Source: an uncultured Candidatus Saccharibacteria bacterium (GTDB lineage Bacteria > Patescibacteriota > Minisyncoccia > Phycocordibacterales > JACOZG01). From it: a stretch of DNA of 64,000 nt. A program made the translations under genes and the position numbers. A model generated the notes under the pieces. It was not told the DNA's origin. It did no database searches and worked only from the letters and a program-made list of their open reading frames with translations. Shown here piece by piece: positions 64,000 through 64,000 of this stretch (position 1 is its first letter; each line of letters begins with the position of its first letter). The stretch lies in the NCBI GenBank assembly GCA_964361825.1, contig CAYICB010000001.1:30644-94643 (forward strand). The letters are read 5' to 3'.

Positions 64000-64000
64000 A

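Overview
This 64 kb window looks like a compact chromosome of a small-genome bacterium. By inference, the gene content points to a Patescibacteria/CPR-like organism: many short housekeeping genes, a Gram-positive-type type IV secretion-like (T4SS) operon, an orphan pilB, and tight gene packing with 4-bp overlaps. The window spans the replication-origin neighbourhood, with rpmH-rnpA-yidC on the + strand and dnaA-dnaN on the - strand, and DnaA boxes in the dnaA-dnaN spacer. The housekeeping genes are an amino-acid ABC transporter, rpsT, ruvA, a Mur ligase, mutM, a TrmH-family methyltransferase, xth, polA, tsaE, pilB, ruvB-yebC-ruvC, tyrS, a class A PBP, ksgA, pcrA, comM, rpsO, xerC/D, cca, and two tRNAs, Arg(GCG) and Lys(UUU).

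The stand-out locus is a complete diversity-generating retroelement (DGR) at 14084-16693. It has a - strand reverse transcriptase carrying the DGR-specific LGNLTSQ and YADD motifs. A 127-bp template repeat (TR) is paired with a 133-bp variable repeat (VR) at the 3' end of a 239-aa target gene. The 14 TR/VR mismatches all fall at TR adenines on the - strand. An Avd-like four-helix-bundle gene is encoded on the opposite strand, inside the TR-RT spacer. A (GTCA)x7.5 tetranucleotide microsatellite sits in the 53-bp divergent region between avd and the RT start codon. This is a candidate slipped-strand phase-variation switch on a mutagenic retroelement, and that combination is the most novel observation here. 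The target gene and TR are visibly more GC-rich than the RT and avd genes.

A second notable locus is a ~13 kb - strand operon at 38190-51573. It encodes a VirB4-family ATPase split into an N-domain ORF and an ATPase ORF separated by TAA-TT-ATG, plus a PrgI/VirB3-like protein, a VirB6-like polytopic protein, a 1298-aa secreted giant protein, and a truncated four-helix-bundle (Avd-superfamily) fragment. Smaller observations are a 174-bp MITE-like element with 26-bp perfect terminal inverted repeats between pilB and ruvB; a ~190-nt promoter-to-terminator unit with no ORF, a candidate ncRNA, next to tRNA-Lys; two orphan HicB/UPF0150-like small genes, one flanked by 31-bp direct repeats; a duplicated 45-bp gene-start fragment; and a palindromic operator-like site upstream of the DGR target.

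No CRISPR array and no rRNA genes were seen.
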